From assembly GCA_039024555.1 (NCBI GenBank), contig JBCCQQ010000002.1:160001-224000 (forward strand): 64,000 nucleotides of DNA. The letters are read 5' to 3'. Under the pieces are notes generated by a model. The model worked only from the letters and a program-made list of their open reading frames with translations. It was not told the origin of the DNA and ran no database searches. The stretch comes from Cyanobacteria bacterium P01_D01_bin.156 (GTDB lineage Bacteria > Cyanobacteriota > Cyanobacteriia > Phormidesmidales > Phormidesmidaceae). Both the position numbers and the translations under genes were made by a program. Of the stretch, positions 63,172 to 64,000 are shown one piece after another. The first letter of the stretch is position 1; every line of letters starts with the position of its first letter.

Positions 63172-64000
63172 ATGCAAATCTATTTAGATTACAGTGCTAC
63201 AACACCGGTGCGGCCAGAAGCGATCGCAACCATTGAATCAGCGATGAAAACAAGCTGGGGTAATCCCTCCAGCCTTCACGATTGGGGCAACCGATCCGCC
63301 ACCACCCTAGAAATTGCCCGGATGCAGGTGGCGAATCTCATTGGTGCTACTGCCAATGCCATTGTGTTTACTGCCAGTGGTTCTGAGGCTAACAACTTGG
63401 CCATTACGGGGGTGGCCCAACAGTACCGAAAGCCAAGGCACATGGTGATTTCAGCAGTGGAGCACTCCGCTGTTTCTAGGCCAGCAGAGCGTTTGGAACA
63501 GTTAGGCTGGGACATTACCCGTCTGCCCGTGGACCGTTACGGTCAGGTATCCCCAACGGATTTAGCCGCGGCCCTACGTGAGGACACAGTACTTGTATCA
63601 GTCATCTATGGCCAAAGCGAAGTGGGTACTGTGCAACCCCTTACAGACCTCGCTGCCGTCATTCGAGACAGCCATTGGCAACCTCTATTTCATACCGATG
63701 CTGTACAGGTAGCCGGACGCTTGCCTATTGATGTAGAAGCATTAGGCGTAAATTTACTATCGATATCTAGCCATAAGATCTACGGTCCCCAGGGAGCAGG
63801 AGCACTGTACATTGAACCCGGCACTGACTTAGTACCACTGATCAATGGCGGTGGTCAGGAAAACCAGTTGCGTTCTGGGACTCAAGCCGTACCAACGATT
63901 GCAGGCTTTGGCATCGCGGCAGAACTGGCCACACAAGAGCTGGAGCAAGAGCAACAGCGGTTGTTAAGATTACGCGATCGCTTAATTCATCAACTACGGT
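63172..64000 (+). CDS. Cysteine desulfurase (IscS/NifS family), truncated by the window end
   Basis: Manual translation MQIYLDYSATTP...GNPSSLH...FHTDAVQ...SSHKIYGP...RSGTQ. Confidence 0.92.
   Translation, partial: MQIYLDYSATTPVRPEAIATIESAMKTSWGNPSSLHDWGNRSATTLEIARMQVANLIGATANAIVFTASGSEANNLAITGVAQQYRKPRHMVISAVEHSAVSRPAERLEQLGWDITRLPVDRYGQVSPTDLAAALREDTVLVSVIYGQSEVGTVQPLTDLAAVIRDSHWQPLFHTDAVQVAGRLPIDVEALGVNLLSISSHKIYGPQGAGALYIEPGTDLVPLINGGGQENQLRSGTQAVPTIAGFGIAAELATQELEQEQQRLLRLRDRLIHQLR

Overview
Chromosomal window from a filamentous cyanobacterium (Leptolyngbya/Leptothoe-like by inference). Evidence: HIP1 GCGATCGC octamers throughout (over 30 by eye), psb30, a CpcL-type phycobilisome linker, ebsA, hpsE and PSRP-3. 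Most of it is core genome: ispF, trmD, ispD, mgdA, yajQ, hemL, hisIE, groES-groEL with CIRCE and K-box, atpD-atpC, tRNA-Arg(UCU), ffh, prfC and a cysteine desulfurase. Small accessory islets sit between core genes. The most interesting are: (1) a P-loop ATPase plus a degenerate-NTPase/TPR partner at 35.7-38.6 kb, with near-identical 126-bp repeats carrying a variable residue and a small palindromic repeat at each stop codon (candidate split NLR-like system); (2) an ABC-ATPase plus TOPRIM (DUF3226-like) pair at 22.7-24.4 kb resembling PARIS; (3) an NrtR-type Nudix regulator divergent from an ADP-ribosylglycohydrolase and a nicotinamidase-like gene, with a visible 21-bp operator, at 48.8-51.4 kb. 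Also noted: a stand-alone phage-type lysozyme, an orphan NurA, an orphan DNA methyltransferase, two loop-less perfect palindromes (34 and 46 bp) and two small genes missed by the ORF track. No CRISPR array, rRNA, intact transposase or integrase was seen. All family calls come from motif recognition by eye, not from database searches.
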